From Camelus dromedarius (Eukaryota): 64,000 bases of DNA. Positions 27,013 through 39,789 of this stretch are shown here, one piece after another. The translations under genes were made by a program, and so were the position numbers. The DNA lies in NCBI RefSeq assembly GCF_036321535.1, contig NC_087437.1, forward strand, positions 61,630,001-61,694,000, read 5' to 3'. The notes under the pieces were generated by a model that was not told the DNA's origin, ran no database searches, and saw only the letters and a program-made list of their open reading frames with translations. Position 1 is the first letter of the stretch; each line of letters opens with the position of its first letter.

Positions 27013-28513
27013 GTAAGTCTATATAATCAATCACCTTTTCTTTGAAATTTTTTATTGCTGCAATGAAAATGAAATCTTTTGCATGTGATTATCATATGTT
27101 GTCAGTGATAAAAATACTGCCATTTTCTTTTTTCCCTTCACAAAGTTCTACTTAAAGACACAGACCAGGGAGTTTATCAGGATCTATAGATTGGGTGTTT
27201 TTTAATCTATACACATCCATTAGGAGATTATTTATTTTCCTCTTGCCATCCCCTGCAGAGGTGTCATCTCCCTCATCCATTTCAAACCTACCATGTAATG
27301 AGAGATGGTCCTGAGAGCTGTATCTGGTACAGGTGAATGGTGTCAGTATTAAATAAAAAACTCTGCATAGTATTTGACCTTCAGTGCTCAGTTCCTAAAT
27401 GTGTATATTATTGATTATACTTTATACACATTAGTTTTATAATATTAAGTAGTTCATTTTTATTACAAGTTAACATGTAAGATTAATTGCTTATTAACCT
27501 TTTAAGAATATGTTCACCTATTTTGAATCTGTTAAAATGAAGCTTACTGAGTATTTTTATTGTAGTTGGCTTTTTCATTAGCTATTTTCCTTTATCTTTG
27601 CCTTCTCATTTTTTCAATTCATGATCATTACTTCCTTAAGAAGTGGATAAAGGCAGTATTTCATGTGAGCATTGACTTTGCTTTTTGTAAAGTAAATTAC
27701 TTGAAAACCTAACATGTTGGGCTTTTATAAAGCATCAGTCTTCAGCGCAGTGTTTTTAAAGCACAAGTGTTTCTGGAATGATAAAGTATATTGTTTGAAA
27801 TGTTTTAAATTAACCATTATAAAGCTTTTTAAAAACTCATTGGACATTTTATTTCTTTGAGAACTTATGTGTTGGTGTAATACCTGAAGAGTCACTAAAG
27901 CATTTTCAGTTGTCTTTTCTTCACATGGTAATAATTCTGTAAAAACTTTTGATGACCAAAGTTTGATTAGTTAATACATTCTTCCTTTTTCACTCCAACA
28001 TTTCCTTCTTAATGGTTATTACGGAGTAATTCATTATCTAAAAACTAAAGCCCCTAGGAAAATAGCATGTGCAGTTTTAAAATTTCCAGTTGTATCCTTG
28101 TTTTATCTGAGAAAGGTAACAAAGAGATGCCTAGAAATCAATATTCCTGTATTTGTTTTAAATTTGTCCCTCGCTCACTCCATGACCACAAATTCTTTGT
28201 TATTGCTGCACCTATACTTCAGGTTTTTCTTCTCTGAGCAGAGGATAATCCCTGAGCCCTCCTCACTTTAGAAAGATTTTAGGCAATAAGATTGTATTTG
28301 AAGTTGTTTAAGCTCTTTGGAAGAAAATTGTTACTCAGAAACAACTTATTAGCAATTGTGATGCATGAATTCCAGACGAATGTGAATGTGGTCCTGTATG
28401 TCAGCATCTTCACAAGTATGTCTTAATATGTCTCTTTTCTTGTGTATTTGTGAAATACGCCCTGTGTGTGCAATTTGTTTTTGACATTGCTTCATTTTTC
28501 TCCACCTCTCCAG

Positions 28514-28567
28514 TGTCCCTTCCCATCCAGAAGGTCTCAGCACACTGATGATAGTGCCTTGTTAGTG
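28514..28567 (+). CDS. LRCH3: LRCH3 exon (symmetric, probably cassette)
   Basis: ctccag/…/gtaaga. 54 nt, phase 0-0. CPFPSRRSQHTDDSALLV. Confidence 0.88.
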
Positions 28568-31500
28568 GTAAGAGCTTTGCACAAAATGAAGTTTTACATT
28601 GCTGTGTCTAGAGATTGGAGAGTAGCTATTGTACTTTACATTCAGAAATGATCTAAATACCATAAAACATGATGAGCATCATTACTAAATGCTTTACAAA
28701 TACCTAGAACTGCCTCTGCCTTACTCTTCGTGATTTACCTAGTGTTCTAGTGTTCTTTAGCTATGATTCAAATTATCTTTGTTAGTGTTTCCAAAAGTAA
28801 AATATTTGCATTGAGAATCACGTTGGTTTTGTATGTGCGTTGGGGCGAGCAGGCATAGTATATTAGTTTTTATAATGTTGTTTCTAATTACATGTGTACT
28901 TTATTAATCATTAATTAGTCTCATAAGTCACCTGTATGATAAATGGATTCCCTTACTCCTTGATGCTAATTATACAACTGTCTATTTGGCATCCTATTTT
29001 ATTACCTATTTTAAGATACTGCAAATCCTAAACTTTTAAAAAATAACTTACATCTAAAATTATCCCTCCATACTCATTTTTTGTTTTAAACTCAGGGAAA
29101 CATTAATTTGGAATGCTATCTACTGATCATTTTTAACATTGGTTTACTTTTATTGCCTGTTTCGTCAGCTGAAAATGAGTATGAGAGCTTTATTAAAAGT
29201 CTTACTTTTATCAGCCTTGCCAGAGAATTCTAACCATTTATGTAATTGCTTTTCCCATCATGTTTTATGTTATTTTTTTCACCATAGTGTTGAAAACTAG
29301 CAGTTCAAAAGTCTATTGTTTGTAGCAATTCCTGTCTTTTGAGCTAGTAGCTGCCACCATTGTGCATACTACTGCATGAACTACGTATTTCAGCATGAGG
29401 TTCCTATTATGTAAACTTTCTTGGTCAAAGTCTCTGTGTATTCTGCAGTGATCATTGCCTTTGAGACAGATAAAGCACATTTTAACTGGGCAGTCTTATA
29501 AAGAAATACAACCACCAGGCTCTGGAGTTTTAGTTGAAGTTAATTGGCATGAATAGCAAATAATAAATTAATGTAGAAAAATATTGAGAGCCTATGATAA
29601 TCCAGATGCTTTGCCAGAATTATCTCATTCACTCCTCACAGCAACCTTAAGAATGTTAAATTTATCACCATTTTACAAATGAGTACTGAGGCACAGAATG
29701 TCCAGAATGTGACTTGTCCGAAGTTGCATAACCAGTAAGTACAAAGCTGGGTTCAAATCTATATCTGGCTGACCTGAGAACCTGCATTAAACACCTTGCC
29801 ATATTGCCTTCTGTACTATATAATTGAAAACACTTTAGGGTACTGAAGATGAGATTTAATAACACATATAGTAAGTGATATGTCTAAATGCTCACTTTTT
29901 TGTCAAGGAGAAAATAGAGTTTGGAAAAACAACACCCCCTTAGTTTGAAATTTGAAATAGCCTTCAGGCATTTTTAAAACACATACATTTGTATTTTATT
30001 TATTAGTATTCATATCTGACCTAAATTTAATGGCCTTTGAAAGCAAGCATTATTTCTCATATATATTTGCAGGCCAAATAGTATCCAGCACTGTAAAAAG
30101 AGTCATATTTTAAATCATACTTCTGATCTTCTCAGAACTACTCTTCAGTGCCTTTATATAGTAGAATAAAGTCCATATACTTCTTGACACAGCCCACAGC
30201 CCCTTAGATTACAGGCCTTAATGTGGCCTGTAAGCTCCTGTGTACTCTGGTTACTGTGTATCTCTCATCTCTGGGCTCATGCTATATTGGCATTTTTTCC
30301 AGCTCTTCAAATATGGTAAGCCTTTACACAGGGATGCTCACACATGAAAACAGCCCTTCAAGACCACAATAGATAATTGTTACTCCTAAATTCATAGAGT
30401 CAGAGAAATATGAGTAAAAGAAGCAGAGGAACCACTCCCAATTAAAAGAACAAGAGAAATCCTCTGAAAGAGCACACAGTGAAGTAGACCTCTCCAGTCT
30501 ACCAGATCTTGAGTTCAAAAAGGAGATAATAAAAATGCTGAAGGAATTAAGAAAGGCTATTGATAGAAATGCAGGGTACTGTAAAAGGGAACTGGAAACT
30601 ATAAAGAGGAGCCCGTTAAAATCAGAAAATTTATTTGCTGAAATGAAAGCTGAGCTAAAGGGTCCCAGAGGGGTAAGAAAGAGATAGGGGGATTGAAAAC
30701 ATATTTGAAGAAATTATGGCTGAAAACTTCCCAAGCCTAAAGAAGGAAACATACGCAGGTACAGGAAGCACAGAGGGTCCCAAACAGACCTACACCAAGA
30801 CATACTATAATTAAAATAGCCAAAGTTAAAGATAAAGAGTAGATTCTAAAGGCAGTAAGAGAAAAACAAAGAGTTACAAGGGAACCCCCATAAGGCTTAT
30901 CAGCTGATTTCTCTACAGAAATGTTGCAAGCCAGAAGGGAGTGGCAAGATATATTCAAAGTCCTGAAAGAGAAAATTCTGCAGTCTTGGGTACTGTACCC
31001 TGCAAGGTTATCATTTAGAATAGAAAGAGAGATAAAGAAATTCTCAGACAAGCAAAAACTAAAAGAGTACAGAAATACTAAACCTATCCTAAAAGAAACA
31101 CAGAAAGTTCTTCTCTAAATAGAAAAGAAGCAAGAATCTATTGAAAAGAGAAAATCACAATTGGAAATGTGATAAATACAATGAACAGCAAAAGAATAAA
31201 CATGAAGATGTAAAAGAGGACATGTTTTCAGCATGGAAATTTTACATGTAAATTATGTATAAATGTATACTTGAAATGTAGCAACTTGCGACTAGCGACT
31301 TGATGTTCTTTTTTACAGTAATTATAGAGGCTAATAGAATACATGAAAATTGCATCCAAAAAAATAAAATACTTAGGAATAAATCTGACCAAGAAAGTAA
31401 AAGACTTATACGTGGAGAACTACAAAACATTGACTAAGGAAATTAAAGATGACTTAAAAGAAATGGAAAGATACCCCATGCTCTTGGATTGGAAGAATCA

Positions 31501-32731
31501 ATATTGGTAAAATTCCCATACTACCCAAACCACTCTACAGGTTTAATGCAGTCCCTATCAAATTACCCAGAACATTTTTCACAGAACTAGAAAAAAATAA
31601 TCCTAAAATGTATATGGAATAATAAAAGACTTAGAATTGCTAAAGCAATACTGAAGAAAAAGAATGAAGCTGGAGGTACAACCTTCCCAGACTTCAGATA
31701 ATACTATGAAGCTACAGCAATCAAAACAGTGTGGTAGTGGCACAAAAACAAACATATGGATCAATGGAACAGAATAGAGAGCCCAAGAATAAACTCACAC
31801 ACCTACAGTCAATTAATCTTTTACAAAGAAGGCAAGAATATAAAATGAAGAAAAGACAGTCTCTTCAGCTGTGGTGTTGGGAAAGCTGGACAGCCACATT
31901 TAAATCAGTGAAGTTAGAACACACTCTCCCACCATACACATAAATAAATTCAAAATGGCTTAAATTCTTAAATGTAAGACAGGACACCATAAATCTCCTA
32001 GAAGAAAACAGAAGCAAAACATTCTCTGACATAAATCATAGCAATGTTTTCCTAGATCAGTCTACCAAGGCAATAGAAATAAAAGCAAAAATAAACAAAT
32101 GGGACCTAATCAAACTTACAAGCTTTTGCACAGCAAAGGAAACTATAAACAAAATGAAAAGATAACCTATGGGCTGGGAGAAAGTATTTGCCAATGATAA
32201 GACTGACAAGGGTTTAATTTCCAAAATATACAAACAGCTCATACAACTCAATAACAAAACAAACAAACAACCCAATCAAAAAACAGGCAGAAGTTCTAAA
32301 CAAACATTTCTCAATGAAGACATACAAATGGCCAATCGGCATATGAAAAAATGCTCAGTATTGCTAATTATCAGAGAAATGTAAATTAAAACTACAATAA
32401 GATGTCATCTCACACCAGTCAGAATGGCCATCATTAAAAAGTCCACAAATGCTGGAGAGGGTGTGGAGAAAAGGGAACCCTCCTACACTGTTGATGGGAA
32501 TGTAATTTGGTGCAGCCGTTAGGGATAACAGTATGGAGATCCCTTAAAAAACTAAAAATGGAGTTATCATATGATCCAGCAATCCCATTCCTGGGCATAT
32601 ATCTGGAGAAAACTCTTAATTCAAAAAGATACATGCACCCTGATGTTCATAGCAGCACTATTTACAGTAGCCAAGACATGGAAGCAACCTAAATGTCCAT
32701 CCGCAAATGATTGGCTTAAGAAGGTGCAGAG

Positions 32732-32747
32732 TGTGTGTGTGTGTGTG

Positions 32748-32801
<54 letters not shown>

Positions 32802-32811
32802 CACACATACA
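32732..32811. repeat. Compound (TG)n/(TACATA)n microsatellite inside L1
   Basis: Direct reading; explains the YTYTYT and VYVYVY ORFs. Confidence 0.93.
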
Positions 32812-33101
32812 TAGTGGAATACTACTCAGCCATAAGGAAGAATGAAATAATGCCACTTGCAACAACATGGTTGGACCTAGAGATTGTCATAGTAAGTGAA
32901 GTAAGTCAGAGTACGACAAATATCATATATCACTTATATGTGGCACCAAAAAAATGACAAAAATGAACTTACTTATAAAACTGAAACAGACTCACAGACA
33001 TAGGAAGGAAACTTATGGTTACCAAAGGGGAAAGGTGAGTGAGGGATAAATTAGGAATTTGGAATTTGCAGATACTAACTACTATATATAAAATAAACAG
33101 T

Positions 33102-33188
33102 GGGGAGGGTATAGCTCAGTGGTAGAGCACATGCTTAGCATGTACAAGGTCCTGGGTTCAATCCCTAGTACCTCCATTAAAAAAAAAT
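33102..33188 (+). mobile_element. tRNA-derived SINE (Vic-1-like, camelid) nested in L1 3'UTR
   Basis: ggggagggtatagctcagtggtagag (A box) and gggttcaatccc (B box), then an A-tail. Confidence 0.85.
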
Positions 33189-35261
33189 GCGTGAACAAGG
33201 TCCTACTATATAGCACAGGGAACTATATTCAGTAGCTTGTAATAACCTATAATGGAAAATAATGTATATAGATAGATATTCAGGTATGTATCTATATATA
33301 TATCTGAATCACTATGCTCTACACCAGAAACTAACACAACATTGTAAATCAACTATACTTCAATTAAAAAAAAAACAAAAATAAAGCAAGCCCTTTCCCA
33401 CAGAACCTTGCAGATATTGCTTCCTCTGCATTGAATGCCTCTGCCTCCCTGCATATACCCCTTGGTTAATTCCTACTGATCAATCTGGTATTCACTAAAT
33501 AGCACACCCTTAAGATAGCTTTTCTGTAATACTCCCACCCCCAAATCAAATTTATGTCTTTACTGGTTTTTTTTCTTCCAGTGTTTTATATGGGTGTTTA
33601 TTGTTTTGTATCTCCCTTCTGATAGACTACCAGAGTATAAGCTTCATGGGCACAGGGATATTCTCTGTTGCATTTACCTATGTATACTCAGTCCCTGTCA
33701 TAGTTCCTGGGATATATTAGGTGCTGAATAAATATTTCCTGACTGAACATGTAAATGCTACACATCTGATAATTACTCATTAAATTGTTTCATGATGAAA
33801 AGGTCTGATAATATAGCAAGTAAATGTTGAATTTAATGTAAAGACCTTCAAATATAGGATTTCAAGTACATGTTAATAATGTTTGATATCAGTTACACTA
33901 ACATTCTCTTAGGGCTGCTCTTCAGGCTTCTGTTGCTTTCATGTATGTCCCATCTGCGTCTGTATCCCATCTGTAGATAATGGAAAGGATCTAGTCTCAT
34001 TTTACTTCCTCTTCCCTCCATTCCTTTTTTCCTTCTTTGCTGAGAAAGTGGCTTTTAGCCTTTCTATATTTGAGACTGACAGTAATTCAAGTCCATTTGG
34101 TTGTAAGGAGGCCCAGGATATCTAAACATGCGAAGCATATATACTATATGACTGTTGTCACAGTCTTGTTTTTTGGTATATTTCTTTCTTCATTTTTTTC
34201 TGCCTCAATATAGATTTTACAGTATGTGTTACATGCTTTTTTTTTCTTTTTTTGCACACACAAAAAAGACATTGCTGTCACATCATTAAAAATGCAGTTG
34301 TATTTATTTTATTGACCATCTTATTCCCCTTTTTCTAATCACCCACGTGTGTTCTTATTTATTTATCTCATTATTCAGTTATTGGTGATCTAGTTTAAAT
34401 TTTTAACAATTATCTAACTTATAGAGGCTTAACTGTCTTTAAGACTTTGGCATTTTTAATAGGTACAATCTTACCCAAGCACCCTTTGTGAAAGCACTGT
34501 CTTCTCTAATTTCCACTCCCTACCAAATGAAAAAATTGTCATGTTTTAAAGCAGCTTTTATCTGTAATCAAAATTTTGTACAATAGGTTCTAACACTATC
34601 TCTAGTATATCTAACTAGTTGTATGTAGGTTGGTGAAAGGATAAAGAATTTAAAGAAAAGGAAAATTCTACTTACCTTCTTAGAGGTCATTTGGAGTTTC
34701 ACAGAAACAGAAATGAAATGCTGGTTCATCCTTAAGGTGTAATGTGGAATCCTCATCTCCAGTTTTCTCACATCAGCCATTAAACTGAATTATAATAAAT
34801 CTAATTTGGATTAATACTGAAAAAATATTGCTCTTATTCATGCCAGTTCTGTTCAGTTAAAATGAGCTCTTTGACTGGATTTGTTTCCCCTGGTATAGGG
34901 ACAGCACAGGACTCATTTGTTTCTAAGGCTATTTTGCAAAAAAAAAAATTTGTGTTCTCAGTTTTATTTCCATATAAAATTATATTTAATAAATCATGCC
35001 TTTCATTTATTGATTAATATGTTATAACATATTGAAATAGTTTGAATTGAACAAGTGAAGAAACTGTTTTATGAGTTGTAGGGGCTTTTTTCCCCAAGTA
35101 TCCTTTTCCTGCCCTGTCAATATCTTAGTAAACCATTTGAAAGTTTGTCAGTGCCATTTCCTTTTCTAATTTCACTGACCAGATCTGCCTGCCTGCCTGC
35201 CTGACATTTTGCTAACATAAATGCTGCCTTTTGTTACTTCTGTTTCTCTTTTGGAATTTAG

Positions 35262-35333
35262 TCACTCTCAGGGGTGAATCAAGTGGGCTGTGCTGCTACC
35301 CTGCCTCATTCTTCTGCCTTCAGACCTCTTAAG
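35262..35333 (+). CDS. LRCH3: LRCH3 exon (symmetric, probably cassette)
   Basis: atttag/…/gtatat. 72 nt, phase 0-0. SLSGVNQVGCAATLPHSSAFRPLK. Confidence 0.88.
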
Positions 35334-37974
35334 GTATATCTTGTTACTGTAATTTACCAGGAACTTTGGGGAGGGTATGTGCAGGGGAGGTCTTACATTT
35401 CCCGATGGATTGGTCTAACAGCAGTCTGAAATCTAGGGTTATATGAAATGAAACTAAGCTTATAAAACTATTTAACATTGAAATTTAACTTGAAATTTTT
35501 TTGGAAGTTTTATTATGCCAGAAACATAGAGCCTTCATTAATTCTTTATATTGAGATTCTGTTTGAAATGTCATTCTAATTTTCTTACAAAAGGTTTTTG
35601 TTTTTTTTTTTGTCATGAGTTATTGTTTTACTTTTTTTTTTACATATATTGCTAATATATGATTTCAAATTAACCCTGTCGTCTAATATGTATGCAAAAT
35701 AATTTGAGTCCCAGTGCCCCAGACTCCCACTACCAAAAGGCTGTTACAGTAGGGCTCAGCAAACTATGATCCCTAGGCCCCCTGTTTTTATAAATAGTTT
35801 TTATGTATTGTCTGTTTGTTTATGTATTGTCTATTGCTGCTTTTGTGCTTAATGTAGAGTTGGAAAAGTTATGTTGGATATCATATGATCTTCAAGTCTA
35901 AATTAAAAACCTGTGGTATTTGTTTTTTGAAGGCCTCTAGGGATGGTAATTCCATATTTATTATCATGTGATACATAAGGAATGATTAATAATCCTCACT
36001 GTCAGGGAAGATCCTCTCCTTGTCTAACTTGTATCTGTCCTCCTGGGTTTACACTTATTTCTTCTTTTCTTTCCAAAGTGGAGATTTTCTAGTTATTTAG
36101 CAGTTTTTATGTGGAGAGTTGTTATATTTGAAAGCTACTATGATGCTACCCTTGTCTTCTGGTCTCTGGTCCTTTTATGTTCTTTACCCAGCCTGTTCCT
36201 CATTAGGAACTTTCACAAGTTCTCTGCCCTCCATTTTGGCTCTTTGGTCCCCAACTGTATATATCCCTCATTAGAGCCCCACATGGTGCTGAGCATGAAA
36301 CAAGGGTTATTCACATGTCTTATTCTGAGCATTAAGTTGGCTTTTTCCATTTCAGCATTCATTTTGCTCAGTATCCACTCTAATTCTCAGATGTTTTAGT
36401 TATTCTCCTAAATGATAATTGATTTCTACATTTTGTATCTTTTGTTTTCCTAAATACTTACTTTTACTTTTTGAACATTTTTACTCTTCTAACTTAACCA
36501 GAATACTTTCAGATTCTTGCATCATGTCCTTCCAGATGCTGACCCCAGCTTTATAACATCTTTAAAGCTGATGAACCTTTTTGCTGGTTAATATTAAATC
36601 TCCATGTACCTGGATGACTCCTGAAAAAACTTTATAATTCTCTTCTATATTAAGCCTTTGCTAGCCTTTCTCAACTACATTCCTTTTCTGAACAACACAT
36701 TAAATTGAGGGACTATTTTCAAAATTCTTTCCAGAAAGGTACATAACTTGTACCATTCTAGATATATAGGAGGAAAGTTAATTCATTACACTCAGTGGAT
36801 ACCTTAGGGCATTGGGACTTACTCTCCCCCAGAATTATAACTGAGTAAGGCCAAATCTGAATGTGCCAAAGTTATATAATAAATCTAACATTCTTTTGGT
36901 CTATCAGAGCTGCTCTTTGTCAAATGATTAGTTTAAAAATATTTACTGTTTACTTTGTGGTACTCAGTTACTTTATAGGAGGTATAGACTATATTTAGGC
37001 ATGATTTTCTTTCTTTTGTTGCTTAACCAGGAATAATCAGTTTTTGTTTTTTCGCTCTTTAGTTCTCCAAGTCTTCTCAGATGTGCTGGTCAATGGCCTC
37101 AGTGATTTGAACTAATTGTTTCAGTATCCTAGAATCTAAGTCACGTAGATTTACAGTTTCAATAAAAGTACATTTTAAAAATCATTTTACACGTACCTTC
37201 TAGTCTGGCTTTGTTTTTTTATTACATCCAACTGTGTGTTATCTTTTAGACTTTCTGGAGGTAGAAAACATTTGCTGCCATTCAGTGGAATTTGTTTCAG
37301 CTCTTCCTTCTCATAGGAACTTTATCGTTTTTTTCCCCTCAATATGTTAAAATTTCTAGTCTAACTCACACTAATAGGTCTTTTTAAATAAAAAAATTTT
37401 TTTTGCCTCTATAGCTGGAATTATCTCTACTTTTTACATTTTTCTGTTTGTACCATTGGTCCTTGAACAGATCTTTGTTTAGCTAATTAGCTTTCTCCTT
37501 CCTATCTCATATTCCTTGAAAATAGGGATAGTCTTTTGTTTCCTTTTAAAGATAGGCAGCTTTTGCCTCATTTGCCTGTTCATTCCTTTCACTAGTTCCT
37601 GTTGCTTTTATTAAATTAAATTTGTTATTTAAATTTCCATTTCTTCTCAGCATCCTAAACTTTGTTTATTGGCACCTTTCAACTTGATGGGCATGTTTTT
37701 TTCACTGATGAAGACATAATACATTGCTTCACTCAAGAGCACAGCTTACTTTTTAAGTCTTAATTCTCAGCCTAAGAATATCAAACCAAAAAATCATTAC
37801 CACAGAATTTTCTTTCAGGTCAGTCCAAGAATTTTCTCAACAACATGGCTTCTGTTTATTCATTTATTTTAGCAGAGAAAATTCTCCATCATCACTAATT
37901 TCATCTGACTCAACTCCAACTTGTGATAAAAGGTTCCTAAAAATATTGAAACCCAAAAGGGAGAAGAATCAAGG

Positions 37975-38015
37975 GTGTGTGTGTGTGTGTGTGTGCACGC
38001 GCGCGCGCACGTGTG
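37975..38015. repeat. Alternating purine-pyrimidine tract (GT)n/(CG)n
   Basis: (gt)n followed by gcacgcgcgcgcgcacgtgtg. Confidence 0.9.
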
Positions 38016-38737
38016 AGATTCTGTTAAAAAAATGTGTCTTAGTTATAAAGTTATAATGTATTGAAATTATCGAGTATAATTAGATATCAGGGCCTGAAAA
38101 ACTGTTGGTATTCTAGCTTTTCTTGATTCTAGTCCCCTGCCAAGTCTTCAATATCTTTAATCCAACCAACCAACACTTCCTTTTAAATTAGTTTTATCTC
38201 CATTCTCCTTTTTTAGGTATACTTTATACCAGTTCAGCTAGTTCTTCCTCCTTTTTACAGTTTCTTCAAATACTAATCTGGAAATAAAACTATCATCTTT
38301 AAACATCTAACTGAAATGAAGAAACCTGTATCACTCTCTCTTAAAACATTAAATTTTATTCTTGGAGGGTGGAAGGTAATGCTTACAAAGTATGCCAGAA
38401 AAATAATATTATAGAACGAAATTTTATTCTTTCCTATACATCTCCTAATAAAATTTTCTGCCTTAGGATGATCATTTTTCATAGTCATAGGAAAGGCCTG
38501 TTATTTAATAGGACTGTCTTTAGAGAATGCATTACATAAATCTTGTATTTTCTAGAACTAAATAAAAAGTTTGGCCTTAAAAAATATTCCAAATTAATTT
38601 AATACACCAAATTCTCTTTTCTAGACTTAATTTTGAAGGAGAGTTGCATGTTTGTTTTTCTTTTATAATCCCCAAATTACCATAAATATGGAAAATACTT
38701 GAATAATAATTATTGACGTATCTCTGTTTCTCCACAG

Positions 38738-38786
38738 AATGATGACAGATCTAATGCCATATCAAGTTCACCTACAACAGAAACAG
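38738..38786 (+). CDS. LRCH3: LRCH3 internal exon
   Basis: ccacag/…/gtaata. 49 nt. NDDRSNAISSSPTTET. Confidence 0.9.
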
Positions 38787-39177
38787 GTAATAGACAAAGG
38801 TGCAATTAACCACAAGATTATAATTCTTTACCAAGATTTTCCCAATAAGTTACTTCTTAGATGGCTGTGGCTTCCTTTTCTGAGATGAGAAATCAGGCAC
38901 AAAATTGGGAACTCTCTGCATATTTTTCATTTTTCAGTTCAACTGGTTGTTCAACTACTCAGCCATTCGATATGAAAAAATGAGCTAGCAGGACTATAGA
39001 TTTGCAAGAGAATATATATCATTGCAATGTTTAATTTGAGTATATATATTTTTATTTGCGATGTTTAACTTGATTTTTTTCTTATTTGCTGTTTATTGAA
39101 CTTTTGGCGCATATCTGTTATGTTTAATTTTTTTTCCATCTTCTTTAATCTTATTTCACTTTTCCATGCTGATTCAG

Positions 39178-39285
39178 TTCATCATTCCCCTGCATATTCT
39201 TTTCCTGCTGCTATCCAGAGAAACCAGCCCCAGCGCCCTGAAAGCTTCCTTTTCCGAGCAGCTGTCAGGGCAGAAACAAATAAAG
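39178..39285 (+). CDS. LRCH3: LRCH3 exon (symmetric, probably cassette)
   Basis: attcag/…/gtaggt. 108 nt, phase 1-1. (V)HHSPAYSFPAAIQRNQPQRPESFLFRAAVRAETNK. Confidence 0.92.
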
Positions 39286-39789
39286 GTAGGTGGTAGTGAC
39301 TGAAGGGTTGTGGGGAGGCTTTATACAGTGACGTTAACTGTTACATGCTTTTAAACGTCTCCCCTTAGATGTCACTTTGGCAAAAGTTTTAAACTCTGCA
39401 TTTGTCTGTGATCTCACTGACATTAAAGCAAGAGAATCTTAATCTGTTTGAATTTGTTTTAATTAGAAAGTTCCTTAGTACCAACTAAAAGCAGGTTAGA
39501 GTGTTTGAACAAGTAGAATACTCTTTCAGGGCTTTAGAGAACGTTCATCTCTCTGTAATGAGCTCTTTTTCAGATTTTTCTGTTCGTAAAAGCTATTCTC
39601 TGTGTTCTTTAAAAAATGAATCAATAATTAAAAAAAAAACCTTAGTCTCATGATTTATAGTTAATATGACAAATCTGTGACTGACCCACAAAGAAGTGAC
39701 CTAGAAGTGGAAACAGACATTTCACACCCAAAATAACTGCTTTTAATGTAACTGATAGATCCACTCACAGTGAGATTTAAACTTAAACC

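Larger units (their letters stand above)
30326..33385 (+). mobile_element. Internally deleted LINE-1 (ORF1 remnant, ORF2 C-terminal part, 3'UTR) inserted in an L2
   Basis: ORF1-like LQARREWQDIFKVLKEK…LYPARLSF. ORF2 resumes at [10 protein letters not shown] with several frameshifts. EN and most of RT are missing. A-tail at ~33366-33384. Confidence 0.92.

Noticed and set aside
32571..32957. 128-aa ORF with YT repeats, and neighbouring L1 ORFs
   Set aside because: Frameshifted L1 ORF2 remnant plus a microsatellite; not a gene or an active element.
33102..33175. tRNA-like sequences (also at 41.1, 49.8 and 60.9 kb)
   Set aside because: A-tails, TSDs on two copies and divergence among copies show these are SINEs, not tRNA genes.
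34214..34221. Possible 8-nt microexon (…tgcctcaatatag/attttaca/gtatgt)
   Set aside because: Frame-breaking, not needed for the LRCH3 frame, and such motifs arise by chance in T-rich introns.
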